This document shows positions 39,481 through 54,200 of a stretch of DNA of 64,000 nucleotides, piece after piece. The stretch spans positions 12,898,001 to 12,962,000 of the forward strand of contig NC_087438.1 of the NCBI RefSeq assembly GCF_036321535.1, in the 5' to 3' direction. The position numbers and the translations under genes were made by a program. The stretch's first letter is position 1. The number at the start of each line of letters is the position of its first letter. The notes under the pieces were generated by a model. The model was not told where the DNA came from. It worked only from the letters and a program-made list of their open reading frames with translations, and did not search any database. This stretch comes from Camelus dromedarius (Eukaryota).

Positions 39481-41849
39481 AACACAATGAAGGATTTAAA
39501 AACCAGTGGAAGAGGTAAATAAATAAGCCTCATTCTATGTAAATATTAAAAAAAAAAAACAAGGGCACAAAAAGGGGAGGCCATTTCTGTTAGGGTAACT
39601 GGTTTTGTTTGCTCTCAGTTTTCAGGTACAATAATGGGAAACTGGTTGCTCAAGATAATGTTTTTGCTGGTCATCCTAAGACCTGCCCTTCAGTCAACAT
39701 GACTCACAAGTAACTCAGATAAAGGAGACTGGGGATAGAGACCTGTACATAATATATTATAAAACAGATACCAAATCTATAAATTAAAAAAAAAATCTGG
39801 GATTAAGTCCTCTGTCTTTACATTTTGTGCCCACACAAGGGCTTTTGGACTCTCATTTAGAAATCCATTGCTAAAACCAGAATGAAAGCAGGTAACCACT
39901 CAGATGTTTGGAGTATCTAAGTGCAAAATTTAAGCTTGCGTAAACTGGGATTTACATTGTCCTTCATTATGGGGCAACTTTGAGCTATTGACCATCTGGA
40001 TTCATTTACACTGTTAAGTAGAAACATTTTAGGGATGTTACATGAGGTAGATGGCTAGACTGAAATAAAAGAAGACAAAAGTAAAAGACAATAAAGCTCT
40101 ACCAAATGTAAAACAAAGGAGCAATAGAATTGCCATATCATCATGTCCTGTTTAAAAACAAGGCGATATTATAACTGGGTAAATATCTGTAATTTCCATG
40201 ATCCAAATTTTTATGTTTCCAAGAGCTCATAGAAATAAAAAAGAAAAGCTAAAATGTCCTCCACCTTCTAAAGAGGACAAAGAACATAAAACTAAAATTT
40301 GCGAAAGAAACACTACCAAACAATAAACTTGCAAGAGTATTCAACTGTAATGGCAGCAGAAAATGAAATCAAAAGGATAATGACTATTTTTTCTCTTTAA
40401 ACTCTCAAATCATTAATGATAGGTAGTATTTTACTAATTATCTGTAAAGACAACAAAAGTTGCTTTCTTGGTGATAATCAAGGTATAATTTTATCATTGC
40501 TTGAAAGTAATTTCTCAACACATGCATTATGAAATTTAACATCATTTGGACAAGTAATTTTAGATGATAATTACTGTTTTAGGAAGTGCATTGAGAATAC
40601 AAACTACAACAAACATTTTTATGCTAAGATGTTCATCATAGTGTTATATATATGTCAGTTACACACTCAATATAACTGGATCCCTAGAAATAGGGTATGT
40701 AAATTATATAAGAAAATTTGCTGTATCTTTAAAAATGTTAGTTTTATAAATTTCAAAACTGTGAGAAAATGGTCGTGACAGTGTTTTAATGTGGGACATA
40801 AACTTATGTAAAGAAAATTTAATTATATACTTAAGTACCTCATATATAAATGCACTTACATGTATATGCATATGTACACATATATAATACTGTATATTCA
40901 CACATTTGTATGCATGTTTATATATATAGTATATATATATACGTTTATCTGCATAATACAGCTTTGCATAATAAATACTAAGAATTAAATAAAAATTCTA
41001 GTGCTGAATTTATTTGAAGGGAATAAAACATTGCAAATAATATTCTATCATTCTGCCAGTTTCAGCCTAGACAGCTACAAAGTTACTTTCTTCCTTCTTC
41101 AAGATTTCTGAGACATAATATTTATGCTCTGTAAGTATGTTAAGCAAAATAAGGTAAATTCGTATATATTCGAACAGATAAAGTATCCTCATCTACATGC
41201 TTGCTGTAGCTTAAAGAAATCTCTAATTCTGCTATTGCCAAGAATTTGCATGTATAAGTTTTGTGGCAATGAAAAATAACTTTTACATGTTATAAGTTAA
41301 CTTTTTAGGAGCTATTCTAGGATTAACAAAGGACTAGATTTTTTTCTTCTTAGATAAGAAAATATATATTTCTGAAGATGCAGGCTGCATTAGTAAACAC
41401 TCATAATTCAACTATGTGACACTTGGTTTATAAAAGGAACGAGAAAAAATATGTGGGATTCAATCAAGTTTGCATATGCTGCTGTCTAGATAGTGTGGAT
41501 GCTTGAATGCCAAATATAGATTAGAAGATATAAATAGGATTTTTTTCTTCTGATAACAACATACTTCTGAAACTTGGTATCTAGAGGAGAAATATATACA
41601 AATCCTCTGGAACTGTTTAGAGTCAAGGGATTGAAATTATTCTCTTCTGGAGAAACATATTTTGACAGATTATATTAAATGACTTTCCAAAATGTCCAGG
41701 GATCAGATTAATCTATATATTCTACAGCTGTTATTAGATGAGAAGGTGGGGGGGGCATTGTTATTTGTAAATTTGGAAAATATTAGGTTAAACAAAGACT
41801 TAATTCTTTTTTTAAACTGTGAGGCTTCTCAGTGCTTTAAGCATAAAAA

Positions 41850-42090
41850 ATAATAGCTAATATTATTGAGTGCTTGCTCTGGGTCAGGTCACCATGATAA
41901 AATCCACATACGATCATCACAACAGTCTTGTGAGGTATATTATTATCCCCGTTAGGGGGCTAAAGATATTTAGACTTAGGTTAAATAATTTGTCGGATTT
42001 ATACAGACAGTAAATGCTGAAGAAGTTATACGGACCAAAGCAGAACAGAGCAGAAGTCTGGACTCTGAACTGTTAGAAAATAAATACCAC
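41850..42090 (-). mobile_element. MIR SINE
   Basis: taatagctaatattattgagtgcttgc...tcacaacagtcttgtgaggta...aggttaaataattt. Confidence 0.75.
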
Positions 42091-43782
42091 CTCTCCTCAT
42101 TAGCCAATGACCACTGATGGTCTCCAATAATAGAACATAGTGTACTGTGCTTCTCAAGTTTACTGGATCTCAAACTTTATACTTTTTCCAAATTATCCCA
42201 GAATCATTCTGGGTTACACAATTCATTTTGTAAGTATTCAAGTTTTATGCCTTACCTAAAATCTCTTGCTACATTACTAAACCTTCTTTGTTTTAAATAA
42301 GTTCTTTTTGTTGTCATTGTTGAAAATTAGAGAGTGACATGGCATGGAAAAAAAATCTGAAGGTGGGACATGGGAAAATTAGATACAGAAGGAAAAATGT
42401 ATTGGATAGAGGATAGAATATCAATGATGAGCTTTGTTAGCCATTTAAATAAGAGTGAGCTCTTCCTTATCACTGTTATTAAAAATCATTATTTAAAAAT
42501 ATCTACTTTTCATAGTTTGCTACTTAGCTAAGTATTTGGGCCCTGAAGCAATTCATTGAAGAAAACCTTTTTCAAAAGTTCAAATAAACAGAAATAAAGT
42601 CTGAAGATGATCCCCTGCTGTTTTTTCATTTTTTTTCCCCTGAAAATCATAAATTAACAGGAGGACTACAGAGGGTTCTGAGTAAACTCCAGCATGGTTT
42701 ATGAATAAAATGAAGAAAATATCTTCCTTGGCCTATTTAAAACATGTATTTTCAAACTTTTTCTTTATTCCTACATCTTTCTCAATCAAGGAGTTAGTAG
42801 AACTCAGTGGGAGCAGTAGGTTGATAAAATTTAATATCACTTTTGCATAAACTAGAGCTGTTTCTCACTTGAACCTGAGAACAAGGTGAATCGAGTTCAT
42901 TATAAAAAACCACATAAAAAGACACGAAATTACTTATTTTGACCCATTGTAGTAGCAGAGCAGAGGGTATCTGTTCCTCATGTACATTTATTTATCTTCA
43001 GAATGAATTACTGATGGTGACCAGTGTAGCAAAAATCTAGTCCATCTTCCAGAAACCATCTCCTTTTGCCCAAATTTTGCAAGGAGGTGAATTAGGTCAC
43101 TCTGCAAGACTTAGTCTTGCTTTAAAATAAACAGCTGACTTTCATCTAATGACATTCCTTGTGCTGGGAGCTGTCAAACTAAGACAACTACATCTATGAT
43201 ATAGTGGATTTTGAGGAATGAGTCCTCAAAATGTCCTCCCTCTTGACATGGTTGCAAGCATCCTTTCTGGTAGGGTTTTAGGGCCCCGAGGATAACTCAG
43301 ATGTCAGCACTTCTCCATGTTTCGGCCAGTACCTGCAATAACTTGGAGAGAGGCCAACCCTGGATCACTAGCTAACTAAAGAAAAGTCTTAGAAAGTGAA
43401 TGTCTCTGGAGAAGTAATTCCCATGTGCATAATGAAATTCCTTATATCCCAGTTTTGATTTGAATATGGGAGAGTGAGAAGCCCATAGAGATAGATGGAA
43501 CAAAACAAGGGAGCTAGGAAATATGTTTTGGCCTAAAGTAGGCATGATTTAGTGATGTAAAGATGGTAAGGTTTTATTTTCTTTACTATTATGATACATT
43601 TATGGTGATTTGTTTTTCATAAGCCAGACATAACTATGTGGAGTCTAGATAGGTATTTATTATATACACAAGGGCCAGAGAAGGCCCCTAAGAATCATTT
43701 TTGTTACCATTAAAAATACAGTATGAGACCCTATCCCAGGAAATTCTGTTTCAACAGAATGGGGTAATATTCAAGAAACTGA

Positions 43783-43828
43783 ATAATAGTAACAACAATA
43801 ATAATAATAATAACAATAATAATAATAA
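43783..43828. repeat. (AAT)n/(AAC) microsatellite
   Basis: Direct. Confidence 0.9.
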
Positions 43829-43989
43829 ATACTTAGAAGGTCCTGGTACACAGGCAACCACACGTACCAGACCACTGAAAGAAATGAGACATCATGAAAC
43901 AGATCAGGCTGAATCACTGAGTAAATAGGTTGACTGACATTTTTAGGTCTTGGAAGTAAAAGTGGATCAGTGAGGTAGGTTGATAATTT

Positions 43990-44420
43990 CCCTTAAGACT
44001 AATTCTCCCTTTATTTCATATTCATAGAGTTTTTAGCTAAACAGATAAACAACAGAACTTAAAATTACATTTCTCAATCTTTGCATCTTGTTGTGGTCAT
44101 GTGAGTGAACTATGACTAGTGTGCCTTCAGAGGATATATTCTACAGCAGTTTAGGAAAGCTTTGGCCCCATTCTTTCATCATTCTTGCCTTCTCCTTTGG
44201 CTGTTTGGATTGTAGAAGTTGCCAAATTAGGTCATCAGGAAATGAACCATCTTAGGCATGGTAATGTGGTGGGCTAGAAGGCATCATACTCCCTGAGGAC
44301 TTGGTTGAGGTGAGCTACTGCACCAGCACCAGCCTAGATACCCCTGAGTTTGTAAGTTAAAGAGATTCACAGTTTTATCTTGCCTTTCACATTATTCTTC
44401 ACCTGCAACATTGTTAATGT
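43990..44420 (+). mobile_element. MLT1J-like LTR
   Basis: tacatttctca...tgtggtcatgtgag, ctccctgaggactt...gagctactgcaccagc. Confidence 0.6.
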
Positions 44421-45626
44421 TAAAATGATACATACATGAACCCATGTCAAGGGTTCATAGTATAGAAGAAGTGGTAGGCTGGGCTCCCAAGAGCAGGATA
44501 CAGAATGACTCAGAAGCAATGCCTTCATTGTGTTGGTCCTATGTAATTTGAAACATTAAAAAGCAATACTATTGCACATCTGGCTCAAGAAATGTGTAGT
44601 TTAAAAAGACAACACTAAAGAAGTAAGAATGTTAATGATTTCAGAGCATTGACAAAATGTGCAAAAATAGAGATATCATGTCACCTTGCATTACTATTGC
44701 CTAAGGAGAATTCTGATTGCTCTAAACCAATTAATAAAACCAATGAGAGTGTATATGTGCGTGTACATGTTCATGCAGGCGTGCGCGTGTGTATTGACAC
44801 TTAAATATAAAAATTTAAAGAATGGCCTTATAATGAAAAGTAGAACTTTTATTTTTGTACCTGACTTGCCACTTTACAGGGAGTAAATGGCATTAAGTGT
44901 CACATATATTACAAAAATAAATTACACATTTAGAAGACATGAACAACCTCACCCACAATGTATGAGTCGCAAGTGATAGTTCTGCTTGGATATTTTTGAT
45001 ACCGTGGTTCTAAAGCCTTCATAAAAACATCAGTGCTAGGAACAAATATTGATTAATGGTTTCAGTAAAATTAAATCCTGATATCTAAGATGACATTCTC
45101 ATGACTTTGAATTTCAAAGGAAGTATTTCTGGCTTTGGAAATAGATTCTGGCAGTTTATTTTGAATCACCTAGAATTTAGTTTCTCATTCTTCAATCAGC
45201 TCATACTGATTGTCGTGCTGAAATTGAATAGCTTTCATAGTATTTTTGATGTATTAACACTTTCTCATGGGGACATTTTTAAGAAGAAAAAATACCTTCT
45301 TTTTTCAGAATTCATGTTCATTATAAGAAAAAAAATACAAAGAAGTACATAGAAGAATATGAAAAACACTATGATAACACCGTCCTGAGAGAGTCACTTT
45401 TACAATCTTTGTCTAAATTTTATCTATTTTGTTACCTTTATTTTTTAAATATCTGTGTTCAATTGTATGAGTGATATAATCTCATTATGAAAAGTCAAAA
45501 AATTATATGTAGTAAGTTATGTGTAAATGTGTAAGGTCTGAGTTATTTCCCTATGCTCAGCCTTTACAAATTAAACACTATTGGTGATTTATAGTGTGTC
45601 TTTACAAACATTTTTGTTTGTGCACT

Positions 45627-45651
45627 GCTAGCTAGCTAGCTAGCTAGCTAG
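45627..45651. repeat. (GCTA)6 self-complementary microsatellite
   Basis: Direct. Confidence 0.9.
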
Positions 45652-45929
45652 ATACACATATGCACAGAGATACATACATAATAGTTTCATAGACTTATTT
45701 TTGCAATATGTATAGGATAAGTCTCTCTCTTTGCACACACATATGCACATGTATATATATTTCTGTGACTCCAATTTTTCACTTAATAATGTACCAAATT
45801 TCAAACCAGCTGAACATTAATTTTTTTATTTTAAAAATCCTTTGTTTAAAAAAAATCTGTTAAACACTGTCCTGAAAATCTTAGACAGCTTAACAAGGTT
45901 AAAACATATGAAAGAGATGTAGATTATAA

Positions 45930-47385
45930 AATAATAATTAGAACATTCTTTATTCACAGATAACATAATTGCCTATATATGTAGAAAATTCTAAGAACTC
46001 TATAAAAATGCTACCAAAACTAAAAAGTAAGTTTAGCAAGAACACAGTACACATGATCAACATATAAAAATCTATATACTAAAAATAAACAGTCCTTCCT
46101 AGAGGGGACCAAGTAGAACATTTATATCTCAAAGCCACTGGGAAAGAATATTTCTCCAAGGAGGGCTTCTGTTTCTTAAATCCAGATCTTTCACAATATC
46201 TAGGAACCTTTTGAGATGGATAAGGGAGTTTTGAGGATTAGTAAAAGGATAGGTGAGCTTGGAATGTTTCTAGAGTTGCATGTATGTTTTTGGAAAGACT
46301 GGATTAATAAGACAGTACGGTTGTTCCTTACTTCCTCAAAAACTGAGTCGCAACCTGAATGGTATCAATACTGTTCATCCAACTACCCTATCCGCAATTC
46401 GCTTCTTTTTATCAAAGAAAAGATCTTCAACTAACATAGAAATCAAAAGATTCCTATGTTCTAGATTTAGAGTTTGGAATGTTTTAGTGAAGTCTGGAAG
46501 GCTTCAGAATGGTTTTCTTTCCCTCTGGGTACACAGTTTCATTTTAGCTTCAGGGAGAAGCTATTAAAAAAAAAAGTCACTATTAGTTCTGAATATCAGA
46601 TTCCTATTTGGTCAACTTTTGACCATAGAGCTACTTTAAAAAAAATACTTTAGACTATCTTGTCAGGTTCAGCTAGACAAATAGTAAATATTCCTAGCAG
46701 TGTTGATCAACCCGGTTCAGACACACACACACACAAAGAAATTTAAATTACAAATATCATTTATAATAGTTTTGAAATATTTTGTACAAAGGGATACAAC
46801 TAACAAAGCTGTAACAGACTTGTACACTGAAAACTGCAAAACACTGTTGAGAAAAATTAAAGAATATCCAAATAAATAGTTAGATGTACCATGTTGCTGA
46901 ATCAGAAAACTCAGTAGTGAAATTATGTCAATTCTCCCCAAAATGATCTCTAAATTTGGTACAATCCCAATCAAAATCCTCACAGTCTTTTTTGTAGAAA
47001 CTGACCAGCTGATTTTAAAATTCATATCAAAATGAATAAACACCATTAAAAAAGAAAGCAAAGTTGGAAGACTTATATTGCTTGAGTTCTAGATTTATTT
47101 TAAAGCTAGAGTAACCAGCAGTGTGCTATTGATAGACAAATAGATCAATGGGAAATAACAGAGTCCAGAAATGGACCTAGACATATACCTTTGAAGGATT
47201 TTTGACAAAGATGCAAACACAATTCAGCAGAGAGAGGATAGTTTTTCAAGGAATAAACAGTGCTGGAACATAACTATCCTTTGCCTCATATTCCAATATT
47301 AGCTCAAAATGGTTCAAAGTCCTTAATGTAAATCTTAAAACTACAAGAGTTATAGAAGAAAACATAAATGAGTATCTTTATGACA
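45930..47385 (+). mobile_element. Old L1 ORF2 segment in two collinear pieces (45930-46093, 46735-47385)
   Basis: ttattcacagataacataattg...tgtagaaaattctaa; gacttgtacactgaaaactgcaaaacactg; atgtcaattctccccaaa; gacaaatagatcaatgg. Confidence 0.85.
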
Positions 47386-47530
47386 TATTTTGGCCTTTAT
47401 GACCACGTCCCTGTTTATTATTGCCTTGGACTGCTTTTGCAATAAAACATCAGAGTTTAGTAACAGACATCATATCATCCACAGAGCCTAAAATACTATC
47501 TGGCCCTTTTCTGAAATTTGCTGACTCCTG
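47385..47530. mobile_element. MER58A-like hAT-Charlie fragment
   Basis: agcctaaaatactatctggccctttt...aaatttgctgactcctg terminus. Confidence 0.7.
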
Positions 47531-50500
47531 CCGTTGATTGTAAGGAAAAGAAAACCCATTAAAAACTGACTTCTCAGCTGAAACAACTGAACAACTGGGG
47601 AGAGAGAGGCTTCAGGGTTGTCCTCACGCTGTAGCTCTGAGTTTTGGGGGGCCTGGTTTGTCTTCAGACAGTAAGATGTCTGCAAGACTTCAGGGCATCA
47701 CGACACAGACAGTAACATCCAGAAGAATGAGGAAGTTGCTCCTTCCTGGGGCTTTGTCTTTAGTTTCTGGAAACTTTACTCAGATGTCCTCAATAAGCTA
47801 ACTTTATGTTCCCCTGATGTAAGTGACACTGTGACACGGGAGTGATGGTCTTTGTCTCGAATCATCCATTTCTGAATCATCTTGAGTGGGGAATGGAATT
47901 ACCTGTTGGCCACTCAAGGCCATCTCGTGAGTGGGGAGGGGTTGGTGGGAAGTAGGATGAGGTGATGGTAGTGATGTTCTTTTTTCTATTTCTCAAAAAA
48001 AACACTGTTTGTTTAATTTTCATATAATAGGGTTTTCCTGTAAGTTTTTTTTTTTTTTTTTTGGTGGTGCTATTGCTAAAATCCTTGTAATAAATTAGAG
48101 TTTCATCTTTATAAATATTCCCAGCTGTTGGTTGGAGATAAAATCCTTTATAATAAAAATGAAGCCTCTTTCTACACATAATATTCTACAAGTTTTAATT
48201 AGATTTTTTTATTATATATTTAAATACCATTAAAAAATTTAAAATCTAGAAATATGATGAAATATATGGTTAGATTTTCTAATATCATTTCATTTTTGCA
48301 TTTCTGGAATGTATCCGTTTTGATTATAGAGTATTTATCTTTTAATATGATTTTAGGTTATATTTTTATGATTTTTTCATCTCTATTCATAAGTAAGGCT
48401 TAAGTCTATATCTGAGGCTTTCATTAGATTTTGATATTATTTATATAAATTGTAATATTAAATCTGTGTAAAATGGTTTAGAAGCATTTTTTTCTTATAA
48501 TTGGAATGCTATCAACAGAACTGAGATATTTTCTCCCAAGATCATTTGATATGACTGATTCTTAAAATTGTCTTTGCCAGGCACATTGAAAAAAAAATTC
48601 ACCATGATTTATTGGTCTAATAACATTTTGTTTCCTTGGTCAGTCAAGTTTCATAACTTGTGTATTATAATATATTTGAAATTCTTATTCTATAAACTTG
48701 GAACTTTTAATTCTTTTATTAATTTTTATTTAAAATGCATACTAGTGTATACAAGCTCAATAACATGTATATACAGAAATCATTGTATAGAAAATTATAA
48801 AACATCACAAAAGCTTGTTTCTTTTTTCTTTTAGGGACTAGACAAATTATATCCATTTTATAAATATTCAGCCTCAAAATTAGACTGTATTATGAACAAA
48901 ATATGTAAAATTACGTCTTTAAAGTTTTATGAATAGTTTAACATGAGAGCCAAATATTTTCTTCTTCTGAAGGAAAAAAAAATACTGGTGAAAGTTACAC
49001 AATACATGGACCACTATGGGCATTAGATTTCTTCTCTCCCTATGCAGTATTATAAATATGTTTTTAGCTTGTACATTACTGTAATTATTTTAGCCTTCCT
49101 CCTTGTTTTAGTGACCTTGATATAGAAATACAAAGATTTAAATAAGCTGTTTTGCTAAACTTTTACTGAAGTTTAAAATCACCTTTTAGGCATGGTTATG
49201 TTTCTAACACTATGGATTAGGCCTGCTGTCCATCTCTTAGCTTCCTAAAACTTTGCCTAGACTGGTAGTTAATAGATGGTTTCAGGAAACAACAAAGCTA
49301 ATCCAACTATTTAAGTTACTTTTTACCAGAATGTTAGTAAGTAGACTGTAAGCATTCTAGAAAGCCTTGAACTTAATAACTAGAGGTCTCTACTCAAAGA
49401 CATTTGAAATCAGTTTTTCCCCTACATATTTTTTTTATTGCAAAGCTATTTACTATTGAGCATCCTGAAATGCTATGATTTGCAATAAAAAGGTAATTTA
49501 AACATACAAACGTCTTCAGGATTAACACAGGACTGCATTGCTTTTCCCTTGTAGATGAGCAGGTGCATTCCGTAAGGCCTAAAAATAAACAAAAGATTGA
49601 AGTTTCCCCTTAGAAACCAGTTTTTCTGCTATAAATATGTATGATAATATTGTTCTCATAAAATATAATAATTAAAATTACAGAAGATTTCTGGAATTGT
49701 GGCTTTCCTTTTGGATATTTAGTACTTCTTTAAATAGCCTAATCTTTTTTTTTGAACTATTAAAATTTGTAGGGCTCATTTAGCTGGATGAGAGATTGGA
49801 CTATTAAGATCATTAAGAAAATAAATTAACCCTGATATCAGGAAGCAAGTGTTTATAGTTTCTGAATGATATATCACTTTTAATAAAATTAAAAGAATTA
49901 ATTTTCAAAACACATTAGGGCTTCCAAAATTCGAGAGCCCACTTCAACATTCCACGTTCCGGATAGGAACCTTCGCTTTGTGGTGGTTTGGCTGGTTCCC
50001 AGCACCTCCCTTTTTATGCCTGCACTTCCTGACTACTGATTATGTATCTATTCATGTATTTATTTCACTATTTACTTACTTATTCGTTTTTCCTCTCTTG
50101 GGGAAAACTTAGAAGTAAAAAATTGTGCCCATTTACTATTGCCCTCAAGTGTGTGGCACCAAAATCTCTTTACCCCTCTCTCAAAAAGATAGATTTTATG
50201 CAGCTTTTACAGAATTTCTGTGAGTCTTCTCTGGCCAAAACAGTTGCCTGAATTTTTCTTCAACATTTCTGCTAAATTGAATGCAGGGACTTGCCTAGTT
50301 AACTGGCTTCAAAGAAGGTAATATTAGGTCTCATTATGACCAAGGAATTTTGCCCTAAGACAGATTATAAAGGGAGCTCCCTTTGAAGCTGATTCCAAAT
50401 TTTAAATAAAGCCCTACCTGCCCAGACACACCATACAAATAAAAAAGTGAGGTCCTTCAACAGGTTTAGACATTTGACAAAAAACACAAAATTTTTTCAA

Positions 50501-50694
50501 CTGAATCCACTGTAATATCTGAGCGCTATTTAGTATAATTTTGTATAATAAATGACCAGTATACTTTGGACTGATTTTTAGATATATTCCTGAGCTGTAA
50601 TACCTGCTTTGTTCCTTATAATCGGGAATCATAACAACTAGGAAAAACTAAATCATTTCTGATTTAGACCAAAATCTCATACCATGTGGAGGTT

Positions 50695-50845
50695 CTCCAT
50701 GAATTGTTGTGCAGGTTGTGCACTGCACATGTTCACTTGGACAAGAAGACAAGTGGGGGCTGGGATTTGCTCTTCAAGACATTTGCCCTTGTAAAGCTAT
50801 GTCCTCCAAATGAAGAGGCACTTTTTTCCTAATTACCCAAAGGAG
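50695..50845. mobile_element. MER91B/C-like hAT-Tip100 element
   Basis: ttgtgcaggttgtgcactgcaca...ggcactttttcctaatt...caaagg. Confidence 0.6.
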
Positions 50846-51196
50846 CGATCGGGCTACTGTAGCTACTGGGTTTGGGAAATTCATGCAGTCATAGAAAAAA
50901 ATGTGATATTAAAGTATCCTAAGGCTATGTCACTAGCATATATTAAAAATAAGCTAAGATTTAGCCCTGAAGAACACAGCCTTAGATTTATTCCAGCAAA
51001 CATGTATCATTTTAACATTGTACATAGAGAAATGTTTTAAATTTTACAATAAACAACTTTATCTCTGTGTTTTAAGTTTCATTCCTTTGTGGGATTGTCA
51101 TAGGATTTTGACAAACACAACTAAGAAAAACTGTTAGTAATCAGATAAATGAAAATGATGAGTAATATGAAATATCATGAGCTATCAGTAAGAAAT

Positions 51197-51277
51197 TATT
51201 AGGCTGCACATGAAACTGCTATTTGTTGTGGTTCTAAATAGTCAAATGTCATTGATTTCTTATGGTTTCATCTAATA
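51197..51277. mobile_element. MADE2-like 80-bp Mariner MITE
   Basis: tattaggctgcacatgaaact ... atttcttatggtttcatctaata inverted ends with TA termini, ~80 bp long. Confidence 0.7.
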
Positions 51278-54200
51278 AATACTCTGCTAGTGAAGCTATT
51301 TCCTTAAGCCATTTTCCTTACCTTCATCCTGTCCTGCACCTCACGCTCCTCATAAAATGAAAGGTGTAGTCTCCACCCTTTATTGATTTGTATATTATTC
51401 TGTTTTTTAATTCATGAATATGTTTATTTCTTCCCTTATTCAATGTTTATTTATTCAATGTCTACTCCTCACCAATCAAAATATATAAGCCCTGTATACA
51501 TTCATCTTTTAGGAAATATTAAAGTTTCTTTTTATAAAATGCCGTAGTTGACGCCAAAATTTCCGTCCTAGAATATATGATTTTGGATGTGGCGGTTGGT
51601 ATTGGGAGGAAATGGGCTTTCCAATTGAGGCAACATAATACAAAGGAAGGACCACAACCCTACACAGCAGGACACCTGAAATCTAGATTTTTTGATGCAT
51701 TTGCTGGTTCTGAGCATGTTGGTAGATTGTTTATCTCTTTGAATCTCATCTTAACTTTTAATATGGGGAACAGTACTTCTGATTATATCACAGTGAAGAG
51801 AAGCACTCTTTAAACTAACAGACCTGCATAAGTAAACAGCAAGAGGATGTCTATTGACAATTCTCATATTTTGTTTGCAGAATAGATGCACTGCAAAACC
51901 AAATGTTTTCTAAGTGTTCTGTCTTGGACCCTATGATGCTGTTTCAAGCATATGGTGTCCTATGTTCTGGCTTTTAATATCTCCTTTTATTTATTATTTG
52001 GCCTCACCATATTTGTAACTTTAAAAATCTTTCCTTTAGCCTGCTTATTTTGAAATGGAGCCAAAACTGTTTAAATTCATTAGTCATGAAAAAAGACTTA
52101 TTGGTGTAATGGAAAGAGAATTCACTATAAGTCAAAAGAAACTGAGTTATTGTCATAATTTCCCTAGGTCCTTGTATGACCATGGTTGACTCATTGGCCT
52201 CTCTGATCTTTTGTCTCAAATTTTCAAAGGAATGTGGCTGAAATTCACAAACTGAAGTCCCTCCTCTTTATCCAAAATCCTGTACTTTTATGGCGGTTTG
52301 GTTTATAGTTTCATTTTTGAAACCAAACCAAACCATGAATGTTGTAAGTTATTTTTGTGCATAAACATCAAATCATGTCATTGAATTGTTGTATGTTATG
52401 TTCAGAAAACTATATTAGATTTTATTATTTTTTTCTTAAATTCTGAAATATGATTCACCAAATCATAGTATATTTAACATTAGAGGTACAAGGATGCAAA
52501 ATCGATCTTCTATTCTGAGATGCATCCAAGTTTATGGAATTCCCATAAAATTTAAATTTTTGTATGTTTAAATAAAGAAGGCTGGAACTTCAACAAAGAT
52601 GTGTTTATCTTAATGTAATGAAATGTTATATAGACAGAATAAAATGTTTTTTTAACATCATATTTTATAAACATAAGATCTCTAGAGTTGCACATTTCAC
52701 AAACTCAGAAAACAAAGAGAGTAACCTACAGTAGTAAAGAAACTAACTTAACCAGGAAAAAAGAGGAATGCTTTTTCTTTTGCACTTTGAACTCAGTTAA
52801 GCTGTAGCCATGTGCAAAACTTAAGATGCTTCTTTTGATGCATCAGGAGAACCTGATGTCTTTAGGAAACAGATAAACAGAGAGAGAGAGAGTCTGACAC
52901 TAAGCCAGCCCCTTCTACATCCTTCTGACACAGTCAGGCAAGTTGCATCTGCTTGAAGAAGCTTAAGTCACATGCCCGCATATCAAGTAGAGAGCAGGCT
53001 GGAAAACCAAGGATCTAGAATTTTCTTATAGGAGAGGTATTATCTTTTTATTTTCCATCCCTTGCCTAGACTAATAAGGAAGGGATTTTTCAAACATGGG
53101 AAAGGATACATATATTGGACAGCCTTCCAAAGTGATCACTAAAGGGCATTTTAAAATTAAAAAAAATAATAATTCAAAGAGGAAATAAATTAATCATGTT
53201 GGTTTGTTCCTTTTAAATAAGAGCAGCAAATTGTCGTCACAGTGACTATATGGCTATATATATAGAGAGAAGCACATGGTTCTATATATGATTATACAGA
53301 ACTAACTTCCAAAGAAAGATAGCTAAAATATAATGACAGCAAACCTATTCCATTTAAATTAGGAATTAATATAAATGAATATTCAGGGAATCCTTTCTAT
53401 ACTGACTTTTTTTTTCTTTCCTGTAGAAAGTGAATTGGGGGCATTCAAATACGATTGTACTATTTCTAAGTCACATCTGCAGATCTGAAAATGTCTAATT
53501 GAATTTGGCCTCCTTTACCAATGATCTATTCTGTAGGTTGTAAAAGATAGAGACCGTAGAGTTGCACCCAATTTCCAGAGTTATTACACCTAGTAATATT
53601 TCTGCACCTGGACTTAGGTGTGTGAGGCAAGAAAAAAAAAACAAATCACTTTGTTTTAAGGTTTAGAAATTAAATTTAAGATTTAAAGTTTGAGTAGATC
53701 TTGAAGTCAGCAAGTTTAATAAAGTTTATGAGAATATAAAGGCTCAAGAATACATCCCTGGGGTGGTGCGCTCTGGGAGGCATGGTAATTTTTGTGATCT
53801 AAAGGAAAGTGCCCTAAGTCTTAAGTGACTCTTTGAAAATATCTCTCCCTAGAGGTTGTTAATTTTCTGAAATGGAGAAAATTTCTTTTAAGTCTGCTAT
53901 TACCAGTGGCAACTTGAAGAGCAATTCACATTTAAATAGCTGTTTCATAATAGCATCTCATTCTTTGCCAGATGCATGGCCCTGAAACTCTAATGTGCAC
54001 CCGAAAAGAGACTGGTATTATAACATCACAGCACTAATGCATTTTGAATGCCGTATCTGATATTTTCATTGAGATGTCAGCAGTTATTACCTGAGCTAGC
54101 TAAAAATAGAATAGGAAATGGTAGAGAAAGCAAGCTATTTCTATGCAAATTTTGGACTAGCCTATGATTTATCCAAAATGATTTTTAAATCATTTTTCCT

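Noticed and set aside
39024..39487. Four overlapping ORFs
   Set aside because: They lie in a GC-richer LTR33-like element; no protein motifs
43701..43928. Poly-Asn ORF
   Set aside because: Translation of an (AAT)n microsatellite
46216..46567. Mitochondrial insertion (NUMT) as the source of the L1-interrupting segment
   Set aside because: No recognisable mitochondrial gene in any frame I translated; source left open in findings
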